Assembly: GCA_030704615.1 (NCBI GenBank)
Contig: CM060731.1
Span: forward strand, 87,420,001-87,484,000
Origin: Takakia lepidozioides
Lineage: Eukaryota > Plantae > Bryophyta
Length of the DNA stretch: 64,000 nt
Direction of reading: 5' to 3'
Within the stretch, counting starts at the first letter, position 1; each line of letters starts with the position of its first letter. This document shows positions 24,971 through 38,345 of the stretch, piece by piece. The notes under the pieces were generated by a model, which had not been told where the DNA came from, ran no database searches, and was given only the letters and a program-made list of their open reading frames with translations. Both the position numbers and the translations under genes were made by a program.

Positions 24971-25532
24971 TTAAAGAAAAAAGAAAACAAAAAAACAAAA
25001 AAAAATCAAAATCAAAATCAAAGAAAAGAAAAGAAACAGGGGCTCGCCAAAATCGGTACTTCATGTAAATCAGAAGTGTGACAAAATACAGGAAGCGCAG
25101 AGACAGCGTTGGAGCGTTGTTTCTCGCGAAGCTGTCTTCCTCGTTTATGGGGCCTGCTCTCCTCATTCAGATTCCGACTGTGTTCGCACGGCCGTCTCAA
25201 AGGATTCACTAGCACCGTATCAAGCAATTCGGGAAAGTGTGCGCCATGGATTGAACCTCTTTAAGTGCTGGAGACGTTGGCCATGGAGTTAGAGAGATGG
25301 CAGTTTCGCTCTTGGGAGCAGTGAAGGTCTCTGTGTTTCCGTTTCTACAAGTGATGGTGGCTAGGGTTTCGTTCCGTCAAGTTTTTGACAAGTTCCTGGA
25401 CACAGACAAACATTGAGTTTTGTCAGATTGCGCGCAGTTTGCGTCGGATTCACAGCTCTCTCACCGTAAGTAAAGTTTGTTAAGACCTGTGTGGAGCTTT
25501 AAAGCAAGCACAATTTGGAAGGCGGAGAAGGG

Positions 25533-28500
25533 ATGACACCGCTGAATCACATGGGCCCATTGCATGCTCTACTGCTGAAAGCAGGCCTGGCTGAGGATGC
25601 AGATCATATGCATGTGGTGGCCATCTCTCTATTTGTGACACTTCTATGCGCTTGCATTGTGCTGGGGCACTTGTTAGAGGAGAATCGATGGATGAACGAG
25701 TCTATCACCGCTCTTATTCTTGTGAGTATCTTCTAGCACTTATTTGGAGGTCTCTGTTGTCGTCTTAAAAGAAGCATTTTTACTTGTCTGGGACGGAAGT
25801 TGCTGGCCACTGTGAGCCACCAGGACTCCAAGCATGGTACCAACATGCCCTAGAAGCTGCTCCTTATTGTAGTGGGTTATGTTCGTGAGGTTGACAGATG
25901 GGATGCATATTATGTAGACTCGCAAATCAGGCTTGTGATCAACTTTCCACGCATGATGAGAGGTACAGACAGCAGTAGACGCAAATGACACGTCCTGAAA
26001 AACTTGGTGGACTATTATCAATAACATGAGCATGTCTTTTGTTGAGCAGGGCTTCTGTGCCGGGATTATTGTTCTGGTCAGTAGCAAGGGTGCAAGCTCT
26101 CATGTTCTCCAGTTCAATGAGGAGCTCTTTTTCATCTATCTGCTTCCTCCTATAATTTTCAATGCCGGGTAATCTCACCCATCCTATTCCTGGCTGTTTA
26201 AATATGCTTTCATTTTAACCTATCATATGTTCTCTTAGACTGAGTGTTGTTTCACGATGGTGAATTCATATCATCATTTTAGGTGAATAATCCCAACTGG
26301 ACTACACCTCCCAGATGTGGTTGGTGTCCAGATCTGGTCAAAACCCAAAGAATCACCTTCTCTTTTAAAATTTATGGAATGTAGATGTCAGAAAGTTAAC
26401 TCCAATCAGTAGGGCCTTACGTGTGAGTCTTTGATGTTCTATGCTTTTTGAGCGGGTTGAAAGTTGTTTGTGTCCTTTACCGCTTTTCTAACCTAGTTGG
26501 TGATCGGCTGCAGTAATTAGGGATCTTGGCCTGTTTGGCAATCCTACATCTTTTCGCTCCATTATGGTGCGGCATTGCCCATACTGATCTCTTTTGTCAT
26601 CTGCAGGTTTCAAGTCAAGAAAAAGCAGTTCTTTCGCAACTTTGCTGCCATCATGCTGTTTGGAGTGGTTGGGGTGTTCATCTCTTTTGCCATCATTACA
26701 GCTGGTATGCAGACCCTTCCATGGGGTCTTAAACCTGTTGGCCTGCTGATGATGGATAGGTGAGAACATGGGTATTGTTTATACTTTGTAGTTCATGGAT
26801 GAGAAGGTCGCATCTCCTATTCTCCACTTTGTTGGCCTTGTGGTGTTAGCAATCTGGGGTGTTTTCTATTATATCAAGGAAGACTCTTCCAACTGCATTG
26901 TTTCGTGATTGCTGTTCGAGGACTATGAACGGTAGAGAGACAAAGAGGCATCGGGGGATTGATGTGAATGGAGTTTGTGCTGCTGCAGGTTGCAAGTTCA
27001 TGTTCCCGAAGTTAGGGCTTGACAATTTGCTGATACGGGATTACCTTGGTGTGTTTTCTCTCTCTCTCTCTCTGCCACTCTCTCTTTTCTCTTGATGGTG
27101 ACTAAGTTCTTGGTAACACTACTCAAGAATTGCCTAATCCCGATATTCTGTTGGGAATCTTTTGCCTAGGACAGAATGGGAAAATGGGTTTAGGGTTTCG
27201 CTAGGTCATAAACTCTATGGTGGTAAGAGAGGCTACCCTATGTGGTTAGAAGCCCTTGCACTTCTCTTCTCGTTTGGAAGATGAGCAGGCAAGAGCTGAA
27301 GGAGCTGAAAACTCTCTCTCTCTCTCTCTCAACCCACTCTTCCCTGAACTTGTTTCCAGTCTGTGACATGGGGGAGGACATCTTGGATGACCTCAAGGGT
27401 CTACCCACTCTCGGCACTAGACTGAAATTTAAACTCAGGGCAGGAAGCCTACCTTTGAACAGCAAACAGAAGCAGAGAGGAAAGGGAGAGTGCAATTGCC
27501 CGTTGTGTGGGCAATCTGAAGACAGTATTCATTTGCTGATACACTGTCCGGGGTTCTCTCACCAAAGAGACGCTCTCTTCAAATCTATTAAGGGAATTGT
27601 GCCTGTACCCCTGTTTACCAACTTTGAAAGTCTCGAGGCTGAGCCAAAAGCCCAGGCCCTCCTGAGGCCTAGTTTTTGGGCAAATCACACACAGCAGATT
27701 GATGCTTGTGTGAAGGGATTTCTAGAGGATATCTGGAAAACCCGGATTAATTCTTTATATGGAGGTAAGTCTTACTACCAACGTCAGCCCCTGACAGAGG
27801 TAGGTTCTGTCCCTTTTGTTCCCGCTCAAACTGGGCGCGGGGTCAATGGCCACAAGGCTACGGCAAACAACGTCTTATGAGTACAATCTCAACCCACTCT
27901 CTTCTCTCGAGGCTGAGCCAAAAGCCCAGGCCCTCCTGAGGCCTAGTTTTTGGGCAAATCACACACAGCAGATTGATGCTTGTGTGAAGAGATTTCTAGA
28001 GGATATCTGGAAAACCCGGATTAGTTCTATATATGGAGGTAAGTCTTACTACCAACGTCAGCCCCTGACAGAGGTAGGTTCTGTCCCTTTTGTTCCCGCT
28101 CAAACTGGGCGCGGGGTCAATGGCCACAAGGCTACGGCAAACAACGTCTTATGAGTACAATCTCAACCCACTCTCTTCTACTCTCTTCTGCCAGGACTTA
28201 GCCTGTTTGACAGGGTGGTCCTGTTTCCAAGATATAGAGTCGACCTGGACCTGGATCCGCAAGTCTTGACCCTGCTGGATAAATCTGACTTAGAGGCTGT
28301 AGTGTCCTCAGCCATGTCTGTTGCCATGAGATTGTCTGATGAAAATGAAGTTAGGCAGAAAACTTCCCTGAACTTGTTTCCAGTCTGTGACATGGGGGAG
28401 GACATCTTGGATGACCTCAAGGGTCTACCCACTCTCGGCACTAGACTGAAATTTAAACTCAGGGCAGGAAGCCTACCTTTGAACAGCAAACAGAAGCAGA

Positions 28501-31500
28501 GAGGAAAGGGAGAGTGCAATTGCCCGTTGTGTGGGCAATCTGAAGACAGTATTCATTTTCTGATACACTGTCCGGGGTTCTCTCACCAAAGAGACGCTCT
28601 CTTCAATTCTATCAAGGGAATTGTGCCTGTGCCCCTGTTTAACAACTTTGAAAGTCTGAGGCTGAGCCAAAAGCCCAGGCCCTCCTGAGGCCTAGTTTTT
28701 GGGCAAATCACACACAGCAGATTGATGCTTGTGTGAAGGGATTTCTAGAGGATATCTGGAAAACCTGGATTAATTCTATATATGATGGTAAGTCACACTA
28801 CCAACGTCAGCCCCTGACAGAGGTAGGTTCTGTCCCTTTTGTTCCCGCTCAAACTGGGCGCGGGGTCAATGGCCACAAGGCTACTGCAAACAACGTCTTA
28901 TGAGTACAATCTCAACCCACTCTCGGCATGAGACTGAAATTTAAACTCAGAGCGGGAAGCCTACCTTTGAACAGCAAACAGAAGCAGAGAGGAAAGGGAG
29001 AGTGCAATTGCCCATTGTGTGGGCAACCTGAAGACAATGTTCATTTTCTGATTCACTGTCCGGGGTTCTCTCACCAGAGAGACGCTCTCCTCAAATCTAT
29101 CAAGGGATTGTGCCTGTACCTCTGTTTACCAACTTTGAAAGTCTCGAGGCTGAGCCAAAAGCCCAGGCCCTTTTGGGGCCTAGTTATTGGGCAAACCACA
29201 CACAGCAGATTGATGCTTGTGTAAAGGGTTTTCTAGTGGATATCTGGAAACCTCGGATCAATTGTCTATTCCAAGGTAAGTCATACTACCGGTGTCAGCC
29301 CCTGACAAAGGTAGTTTCTGTCCCTTTGTGTTCCGCTCAAACTGAGCGCGGGGTCAATGGCCACAAGGCTACGGCAAACGTCTTACGAGTACATTCTCTC
29401 AACCATGGTGGGTGCGAACCCCACAAAAGGCTCTTGGAGAAGGAGCAAGCTTGCCTTCAGCTGGGATGTTTGACGTTTAATTCTCAGGAAGGGGGTCAGT
29501 TGCTGTAAGGCTATGGCAACCCAGCCTTGCAGGTAACGGCATGATTACATTCTCGCTCCCCCTCTTCCCAGATCTGGAGGCTAAGTGTCTAAGGCCATGT
29601 GGGAAGCACGAAGAATGTCCGAACAAAACGCCTTAATTGACTTTGTTTATCGTGCTGATATTGGTGGCGGTGTGATGGGTGGCAGCTCTTGGGACCATCT
29701 TTTCTGCAACTGATTCTGTCTGCACATTGCAGGTAGGCGGTTTCACCTCCCCCTGCCAAACTGTCCTGTCAAGTCAGTAGCCACATCCTGGCTGTCTTTC
29801 TTTCTCTCTCTCACTCTCATTCACATAAAGTCGTCCATCCAGGGAAAGAAGACATTCCCACGGTAGCCTCCAACTTGGAACTCCATTTGGAATATGTCAT
29901 GAAACGGGGCTGGAGGGTTGAACTTTGTGCTGTCTTAACATCTTGAATCTGGGCTCATTGCAGATTCTTAGCCAGGATGAGACACCTCTGCTCTACAGTC
30001 TTGTCTTTGGAGAGGGAGTGGTGAACGATGCCACCTCTGTGGTCTTGTTCAGGGCAGTTCAGAAGTTCAACTTTGAAAACTTTAGTGGACTGGAGGCTTT
30101 ACAAATTGGGGGCAACTTCCTGTATCTTTTCTTCTCTAGTACTGTCCTTGGTATTGGGGTGAGTATAGAGCATCTTTTGTCGCATGCGTGGATTGTCTTT
30201 TCTATTGATATCTACAATGAATTGGTTCTACATATTCCATAGATTTCCAATTCATCAAATCAAATGGTTGCAGCCATTAGTAAAATGTGTGGTTCAATGT
30301 TTCCAAACTGTTATTGGTTTCATTCCCAACTTTACTAATGTTTGGATATTTTTTGTGTCTATTGCCATTTGACAGACAGGGCTCTTGAGTGCATATATCA
30401 TCAAGACGTTGTACTTTGGCAGGTACTCTTCTCTCTGTGTGCACAAGTTAATAGAGATGACGAGTTTTGCCATGTCATGTTCTTGTTCACAACATAGCCC
30501 CAGAAGCTCCTTTCTTTTGTGTTTGAAAGGTGCTGAGTTGTAGTTCATGCAGAGTACCTCACGATGTCCTTGTATGTTCCCTATTTCTTCCTTGCAGACA
30601 CTCAACAGATCGTGAGATTGCACTTATGACTCTCATGGCCTACTTGTCATACATGCTTGCAGAGGTATTTTTCATATATTTCATTCTCTTCCTCTTTCAT
30701 TTCAATTTTCAAATATGATTGGTGCATCGCACAACACTATGTAGGCTCATATAACAAGGGTTGGTTTCCAGGTTTTATGGTGAAGGCCCTTCGTTTCCCT
30801 TCCTTTCCTGATAGGTGCTATTTCTTTTGTGTGCAGCTCTTCTATTTGAGTGGAATTCTCACAGTTTTCTTCTGTGGCATTGTCATGTCCCACTACACAT
30901 GGCACAATGTCACTGACAGCTCACGAGTAACCACCAAGTATGTCGGGAGACCACCCTTGTAGATCTCAAACCAGGCCTGGACTATGGCCCCGAGGCTACG
31001 ACAAGCCAAGTTTCATACATTCTCTTGTCTTGTTACATTGTCTATAGCAGGCCCCAGTGGTTGTTTCTCCAAATGCCAATGGAAAAGTCTATGCAGATGT
31101 CTCAGCTAGTTCTTAGTCTTATTTATGTAGTTGAGTTACTTGTGCTTCAAAGGGCACCGTTTATTTTGGGCATCAGTTGCATCTGTATCGCTTTTACATG
31201 GTTGTGTGCTGAAGTGCCCCTTGGGCCAACTGAGAAGTACTTGCACTGATTTGGTGGTGTGGGGTGGCAGACATGCATTCGCAACCATGTCTTTCATTGC
31301 AGAAACTTTTATATTTTTGTATGTGGGTATGGACGCATTGGATGCCGACAAATGGAAAATGGCCAATACATCGTAAGAGCTCACTCTCTTCTTGCTCTAC
31401 TTTGTCCCACAGGGCTTCAGAGCTGCTGGGGATGGTGTAAGGGTTCTTTCTTTCCTTGTGTGTGTGTGTGTGTGTGTTTCTCTCTCGGGATGACTTTACA

Positions 31501-33353
31501 GGCATAGGGGAGACTCCATCCAATCTTCAGGAGTTGATTGATTGCGCAGAGAGATACTTTGACTTTTGGGGGCTAGAGGCTAATGGCAGTAATGCGCAGT
31601 GGTGGCATTCAACGACCGTGGGGAGGGAGGAGGCGACCTCAAGTGGGGAAGCCAAGAGATTCCTGTCCTTCCTTCCTAAACGTACCTTTGCGTTGATTTT
31701 TTCTCGAACTTTAACTGGGAAGCGCATATACAAAAAGTTGTTCAATCTGGCAAGCGCAAAGCATTAGGTCTCACTAAATTTTTTCACTGCAGAGGGATCA
31801 ACTCTGAAGTAGAAAAACTATGCTTTGCCGTGTTATTAGGCCTACCTGGGAGTACGCGTCTGCAGTGTGGGTTGATAACTCCAACAGGCTAAGTGTCTAG
31901 AAATCATTCATGTGGGGGCGCTCAAGGAATGCATGTCAGCATGCTCCGAAACAGCTAATGTGGCTGTTCGGGGTGAGTTTGGCATTCCTCCCTTAAGCTC
32001 CCGACGAGATGAATTCAAGGTCAGATGGTGGCGTCCGCCGCCACGTTTGACTAATATCAGATATCCTAAGTTAATCGACTCTATCTCTTGGAAGCAGGAT
32101 TGCCCTGTCAAACAGGCTAAGTCCTGGCGGAAGAGGGTGGAAGAGATTTTCGAGGATCTGAATCTAAGTCCGCAAGTCTTGACCCTGCTGGATAAATCTG
32201 ACTAAGAGGCTGTAGCGTCCAAAGCCACGTCTGTTGCCAGGAAATTGTCTGATGAAAATGAAGTTAGGCAGAAAACTTCCCTGAACTTGTTTCCAGTCCG
32301 TGACATGGGTGAGGCCATCATGGATGACCTCATGGGCTTACCCACTCTCGGCACTAGACTGAAATCTAAACTCAGTGCGGGAAGCCTACCTTCGACCAGC
32401 AAACAGATGCAGAGAGGAAAGGGGGATTGCAAATACCTGTTGTGTGGGCGACCTGAAGACAATATCCACTTTCTGACTCATTGTCCTGGGTGCTCTCACC
32501 AGAGAGACATCCTCTTCAATTTCATCAAGGGAATTGTTCCTGTACCTCTGTTTACCAACTTTGAAAATCTTGAGGCTGAGTCAAAAGCCCAGGCCCTTTT
32601 GGGGCCTAGTTATTGGCAAATCACACACAGCAGATTGATGTTTGTGTGAAGGGATTTCTAGAGAATATCTGGAAAGTCGGATCAATTGTCTATTTCGAGG
32701 TAAGTCATACTACTGGCGTCAGCCCCTGACAAAGGTATTTTCTGTCCCTTTGTGTTCCGCTCAAACTGGGCGCGGGGTCAATGCCACAAGGCTACGGCAA
32801 ACAACGTCATATGAGGACATTCTCTTTCGGGAAGCTGACCTGGAGGTGTTGTGTCCAAAAGCCATCTCTGATGCCCAAAGACTGTCCGGTGAAAATGAAG
32901 TTAGGCATAAAACTTCCCTGAACTTGTTTCCTCTCTGTAAAATGGGCAAGGACCTGAAGGATGATCTGAAGGGCCTACCTACCCTCGGCACTAGTGTGAA
33001 ATTTATACTCGGGGCGGGGGGCCTAACCCTAAACAATAAACAGATGCAGAGAGGAAAAGGAGATTGTAACTGGTGCACCTCTGTTCACCAACTTTGAAAA
33101 TCTCGAGGCTGAGCCTAAAGCCCTGGTCCAGTTGGGGTCTACTTTTGGGCTGTTCACACACAGCAGATTGATGCTTGTGTGAAGGGCTTTCTAGAGGATA
33201 TCTGGAAAGCCCGAACTAATTGTTTATATCAAGGTAAGTCACCTATTGGAGTGAGCCCCTCACAAAGGTAGTGACTACTCCCTATGTTTCTGCCCAAACT
33301 GGGCGCGGGGTCTATGGCCACAAGGTACCGCAAACAAAAGTCTTCTGAGTACA

Positions 33354-33385
<32 letters not shown>

Positions 33386-36300
33386 TAAGAGATCTGTGAA
33401 ACATTCAAGTCGGAAGTGACGCATAGAAAAATTCCAAAATGAAGAGGTCAAGGCTGAGTATGTCCAGGCCTTGCAAGAGGCTCTAGCTCACTTTCTCCAT
33501 TCACTCCAAGATCTTCAGTCTCGCTCTGGCAATGCAAGAAATGAAGTCGAAAGAGCGGTGGAGCCTTGGGAGAGTTTCGTCTCCTCTGTGGCTGACAAGA
33601 TCATTGGGAGGAAACTACTTTTCTGCAGTAGAGCTGTTAATTGGTGGACCAATGAGATCAAACTCAAGATAGCCCAGAGACGAGTCCTCTATAATGAGTG
33701 CTGCAGAAATGTGGACTAGGTACTACCAGATCTGCAAAGATATCAATCAGCTTGTAAGGTCTCAGAAGAAATTATATTGGGACAAGTTATATGGTAAAAT
33801 AAACTCAAACCACTATGATGGTAATGACAAGAGATTCTGGTTAGCCCTTCAATGTCTGTACAAGCCGAAAAAATTTCAGCAAGTACAAGCGCTGAGGACT
33901 ACTAAGGGTGCAATGGTGACTTGAACGGTTGACATTGTCAAAGCCTTTCCCACTACAGTATCCTTGGCCGAAATTCTAGGTCTAACAGTGAGGGATCTTC
34001 TGAAGAATGGAAGGACACAGTTGCAAAAATTGTTCTGATGAACTGGAGTATATTTCAAAGGGTTGCGACGCTCCCATTAGTTCTTCTGAGTTGAGCACTT
34101 AAACAGATATAATGCAGGTGGACCTGATGGCATAGTCAACAAGCTTATCAAGCATGGTGGCGACCCCATGACATAGGCCCTTGTACTTCTCTTTAACCTT
34201 ATGGACTGGATAATCCAGGGAAGGAAAAAAAAAAAGGAAACCCACAAGGGAAAGATGTGGAGAGTGGTCGATAACTTGTATGCTCACACCAAAAGCTGTG
34301 TCAGAAGTCTAACTTCTTTGACATAGACCAAGGTGTAGCTCAAGGATGTACCCTCTCCCCTCTCCTCTTCAGTGTTTTCATCAATCACGAGGATGTGGAA
34401 AATGAGGGATTCGGGTCAAGGGTGGGTGATGCCACCATAATAGCCCTTATGTTTGCGGATGACTTCGCAGGCATAGGGGAGACTCCTTCCGATCTCCAGG
34501 AGTTGATTGATTGCGCGAAGAGATACTTTGACCTTTGGGGGCTAGAGGCTAACGTCAGTAAATGCGCAGTGGTGGCATTCAACGACCGAGGGGAGGGAGG
34601 AGGTGATCTCAGGTGGCAGTGGGGAAGCCAAGAGATTCCGGTCCTCCCTTCCTACACATACGTTGGCGTTGAGTTTTCCTCCAACTGTAATTGGGATGCA
34701 CATATTCAAAAAGTCGTTCAATCTGGCAAGCGCAAAAGGGTGGGTCTCGGTAAATTTTTCCACTGCAGAGGGATCAACTCTGACGTCAAAGAAACCATGC
34801 TTTGCCACGTTATTAGGCCTGCATTGGAGTATGCATCCGCAGTATGGGTTGATAACTCCAACCAGACTAAGTCTCTAGAATCCATTCAAGTGGGGGTGCT
34901 TAAGGAGTGCATGTCAGCATGCTCCAAAACAGCCAATGTGGCTGTTCGGGGTGAGTTTGGCATCCCTTCCTTAAGCTCCCTACGAGATGAATTCAAGGTC
35001 AGATGGTGGTGTCAGCTGCAACATATGTCTAATATCAGATATCCTAAGTTAATCGACTCTATATCTTGGAAGCAGGATCGCCCTGTCTAACAGGCTAAGT
35101 CCTGGCGGAAAGAGAGTAGAAGAGATTCTCAAGGATCTGAAACTAAGCCCGCAAGTCTTGACCCTGCTGGATAACTGTAGTGTCCAAAGACATGTCTGTT
35201 GCCAGGAAATTGTCTGATGAAATGAAGTTAGGCAGAAAACTTCCCTGAACTTGTTTCCAGTCTGTGACATGGGAGAGGCCATCATGGATGACCTCAAGGG
35301 TTTACCCACCCTCGGCTCTAGACTGAAATCTAAACTCAGGGCAGGAAGCCTACCTTTGAACAGCAATCAGATGCAGAGAGGAAAGGGGGATTGCAATTGC
35401 CTGTTGTGTGGGCAACCTGAAGACAATATTCATTTTCTGATTCATTGTCTTGGGTACTCTCACAAGAGAGTTGCCCTCTTGAAATCCATCAAGGGACTTG
35501 TGCCTGAACCCCTGTTTACCAACTTTGAAAGTCTGAGGCTGAGCCAAAAGCCCAGGCCCCTTTGGGGCCTAGTTATTGTGCAAACCACACCCAGCAGATT
35601 GATGCTTGTGTGAAGAGATTTCTAGAGGATATCTGGAAAACTCGGATTAATTGTCTGTTCCAAGGTTACTACCGGCGTCAACCCCTGACAAAGGTAGTTT
35701 CTGTCCCTTTGTGTTCTGCTCAAACTGAGCGTGGGGTCAATGGCCACAAGGCGACGGCAAACAACGTCTTCTGAGTACATTCTCTCTCTCTCTCTAGTAT
35801 GGATGTCCCTGCACCTGTTCATCAACTTCAAAATCTCAAGGCTGAGCCTAAATCCCTGGCCCTGTTGGGTTCTAATTGCTTGTGTGAAGGCTTTCTAGAG
35901 AAAATCTGGAAAGCCAGAACTTATTATTTATACCAAGATAAGTCCCACTACTGGAAAGAGACCCTCAGAAGGTAGTGTCTGTTCCCTCTTGTTCTGCTCA
36001 AACTGGGCATGGGGTCTTTGGCCAGGCTCAGCAAACAGTACATTCTCATGTGCGGATGTTGTAAATCCCCTTTCTTGATTTTCTTTTCTTCTCTACAATC
36101 ACTAACTACCAACTACTTTCGGCTGACTGCATGTTTGCAGTGTGGCCCAATCCTTTGGGCTCTTTGGTACTCTGCTGGTTTTGATCCTGGTGGGTCGGGC
36201 AGCATTTGTGTTCCCACTATCGGCTCTCTCTAACTACATGAGGAAGAGTTCCAACACAAAAATCAGGAGCCGCCAGCAGGTACCACTATTGCCTCATCGT

Positions 36301-38345
36301 TCAAGGAAGCTTTAAAGTTCTTGGGTTATAAATTTGGGGCTGGAGGGATGGAAGCAGCAAAAAACTGGAGTAGCTTTGCCATGTTGCCTCATTAGTTCCA
36401 CACATGCACCAGATGGGTTAAGCCTATCTCATTGGGCAACCACATGATTCTGCGAAAAGGCAAGTAACCTATCGTAACATGTACAAATAATGTCTTCAGT
36501 AACAGTCCACTTTCCAAACGGAAGGCAGTAGCCCTTTGGTGTGAAGTGACACCATTAGTTACGTCTGCTTCAGCAGGAGTCTTCCTCTTCCTCCTCTTCA
36601 ATAACAATCTTTGTGTAGATAAGAGGTTGGCAGGCCTCTCAGTCATAGGCTATGCGAGTAAGATAAAAGATATGTCTTAACACCATGGGAAGTACTGAAA
36701 TCAGAGGGCTGGGTGAAACCTTTGTGGTATTTTTGGAATTGGAAGGATGTCTGTATATCAATACCTTACATGTAGTTCTTCTCGAGTATATGACCAAGAA
36801 AGATGAAATCTGTTGGCAGATCATCATTTGGTGGGCTGGATTGATGCGTGGAGCTGTATCCATAGCTTTGGCATTCAACCAGGTATACTTCATGCAGACA
36901 CGGATCATCTTTCTCTAGCTAACTTAATAGAGATAGTCGAAGAGATCTGGATGGGGCCAAAATAAGTGAGGTGGGATAGGACTTCTGCTCAAAACTGAGA
37001 GGGCCCCAGCATAAGCTTCTTCACAGGCTGGGATGAACATGCGCAAAGCTAAGATTCAATTAAATGGCCTTCCATCACTTGGCACTGGTGTAAATTTTAA
37101 TTTAGGAATAGGCTGCTGCTGAATTAGTTAAACAGATGGGGAAAGCGAACTTACGGCATGATAATGTGGATAGCACACCTTTCTTGGTGGTTTGTAATGG
37201 GTATATTCTGAATGAGAGACCGTCTTGAAACCAGTAACATGACTCTGTTATTGCTTGGTTTTGAGAGGGTTGAGACTTCCAGAAAAAGCCATAAGCTTCA
37301 ACCCGCCTTGGGTCTGAGTTTGGGCTGAATACTCTATGGCGTAATGCTTTCTTGACAACAGCTAATAAAATGTATTAGTAAGTCTCTTTCTTTCCTTTCT
37401 TTCTTTTTACGAGGAAGGGGGAAAACACCCTAGCAAGTTCAGACACAGGATGGGAGGGTGGTCCACCACACCACCTTTCTAAAGTGCAACTTGACCAGAA
37501 ATGAGAAGAGATGGAAAGGCTGCAGAGACCAAGAAAAGCCCCTCCAGCATGAGACATCTAGACATAACAAGCTACCTTTTGGGCCTCCCGAGGATGGATT
37601 AAATCTCCTTTGTTCTTTCTCCCTCTTCTCTCTCTGTTGTTGCCCTTAGTCATCGTCATGGTCCTGCCTCCTTCTGTTTTTTGTGTGCAGACAGATGGGT
37701 ATGATCCAGAAGGTTATGGTAGGTGCAATTTACAATGTTTGTTGCTTCTCACAGTTTACAATTTCTGGCGATACCATGAATCCGGAGCATGCCTCAGCCA
37801 TCACCACTACCATTGGTGTTGTCCTCTTCAGTACAGTGGTAAGCACCAAGTGTGACCCTCTTTTATGACTTGGTACTTTTTAGTATGTGTATTACAGGCA
37901 ATGGTACAGATTTTCCCTGTATGCTTCATCGCATGCTCTTCCCTACGTCCAATGACTTTGTTTGAGTGTGGCTGACATGAACTTCCCTTTCCAGGTGTTT
38001 GGGATGGCAACAAAGCCCCTCATTGGGTGGCTACTCCCTGTACACCTGAGATCATATGTCAGCGACATATCTGAACCTGGCTCTCCAAAAGACTTCTCAT
38101 TTGGCTCTGATTTCCATGTCCCTCTCCTTTTGGATACTGACCAACAGAGCAATGGGAACCACGTGAATGGAATGCCACGGCGAAGCTCCTTAAGCATGCT
38201 GTTGTCTGCTCCAACATCGCACATACACAATCTATGGCGGAAGTTTGACGACTCTTATATGAGGCCTAGGTTTGGCGGGCGAGGATTTGTCCCTTACATT
38301 CCGTCATCCCTGACCATCCCTGAAGATGAAACTCTTCAAGATTAG
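25533..38345 (+). CDS. NHX: Vacuolar Na+(K+)/H+ antiporter, NHX1/2 class; 14 exons: 25533-25721, 26050-26168, 26607-26704, 26989-27048, 29686-29732, 29964-30158, 30376-30422, 30598-30664, 30837-30937, 31271-31372, 36141-36279, 36820-36882, 37755-37838, 37995-38345
   Basis: GHLLEENRWMNESITAL, amiloride motif LFFIYLLPPI, FQVKKKQFFRNF, ATDSVCTLQ, FGEGVVNDA, HSTDRE, WWAGLMRGAVS, WRKFDDSYMRP.FGGRGF; all introns GT-AG and in phase. Confidence 0.97.
27341..29394 (+). mobile_element. Four head-to-tail 5'-truncated LINE copies (RTEX/CR1-like, CCHC C-terminus) in NHX intron 4
   Basis: Repeated LKFKLRAGSLPL..CPLC..HFLIHCP ORF end and GAGTACA(A/T)TCTC 3' end; junctions carry TCTCAACCCACTCT duplications. 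Confidence 0.9.
29480..29560 (+). mobile_element. Diverged 3' end of a related retroelement
   Basis: GGGGTCAGTTGCTGTAAGGCTATGGCAA..ATGATTACATTCTC resembles the LINE end GGGGTCAATGGCCACAAGGCTACGGCAA..ATGAGTACAATCTC. Confidence 0.5.
30962..31027 (+). mobile_element. Short old LINE 3'-end remnant in NHX intron 9
   Basis: CTCAAAC..TATGGCCCCGAGGCTACGACAAGC..ATACATTCTCT. Confidence 0.45.
31487..36047 (+). mobile_element. Four stacked, degenerate copies of the same LINE family in NHX intron 10 (~31490-32820, 32833-33352, 33386-35780, 35795-36047)
   Basis: RT motifs ALMFADDF, YTYVGVEF, IRPALEY, AVRGEFG; copies end in GAG(T/G)ACAT(CT)n or close variants; TSD-like TCTCT(C/T)TCGGGA at ~31479-31490 and 32821-32832. 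Confidence 0.88.
36505..36594 (+). mobile_element. Short 5'-truncated retro-insertion carrying the SINE/Dualen-type 3' motif in NHX intron 11
   Basis: TSD TCTTCA(G/A)TAACA at 36493-36504 and 36595-36606; body matches the SINE at 63145-63230. Confidence 0.7.

Noticed and set aside
25283-25416. uORFs in the NHX leader
   Set aside because: TSS unknown and no conservation evidence available
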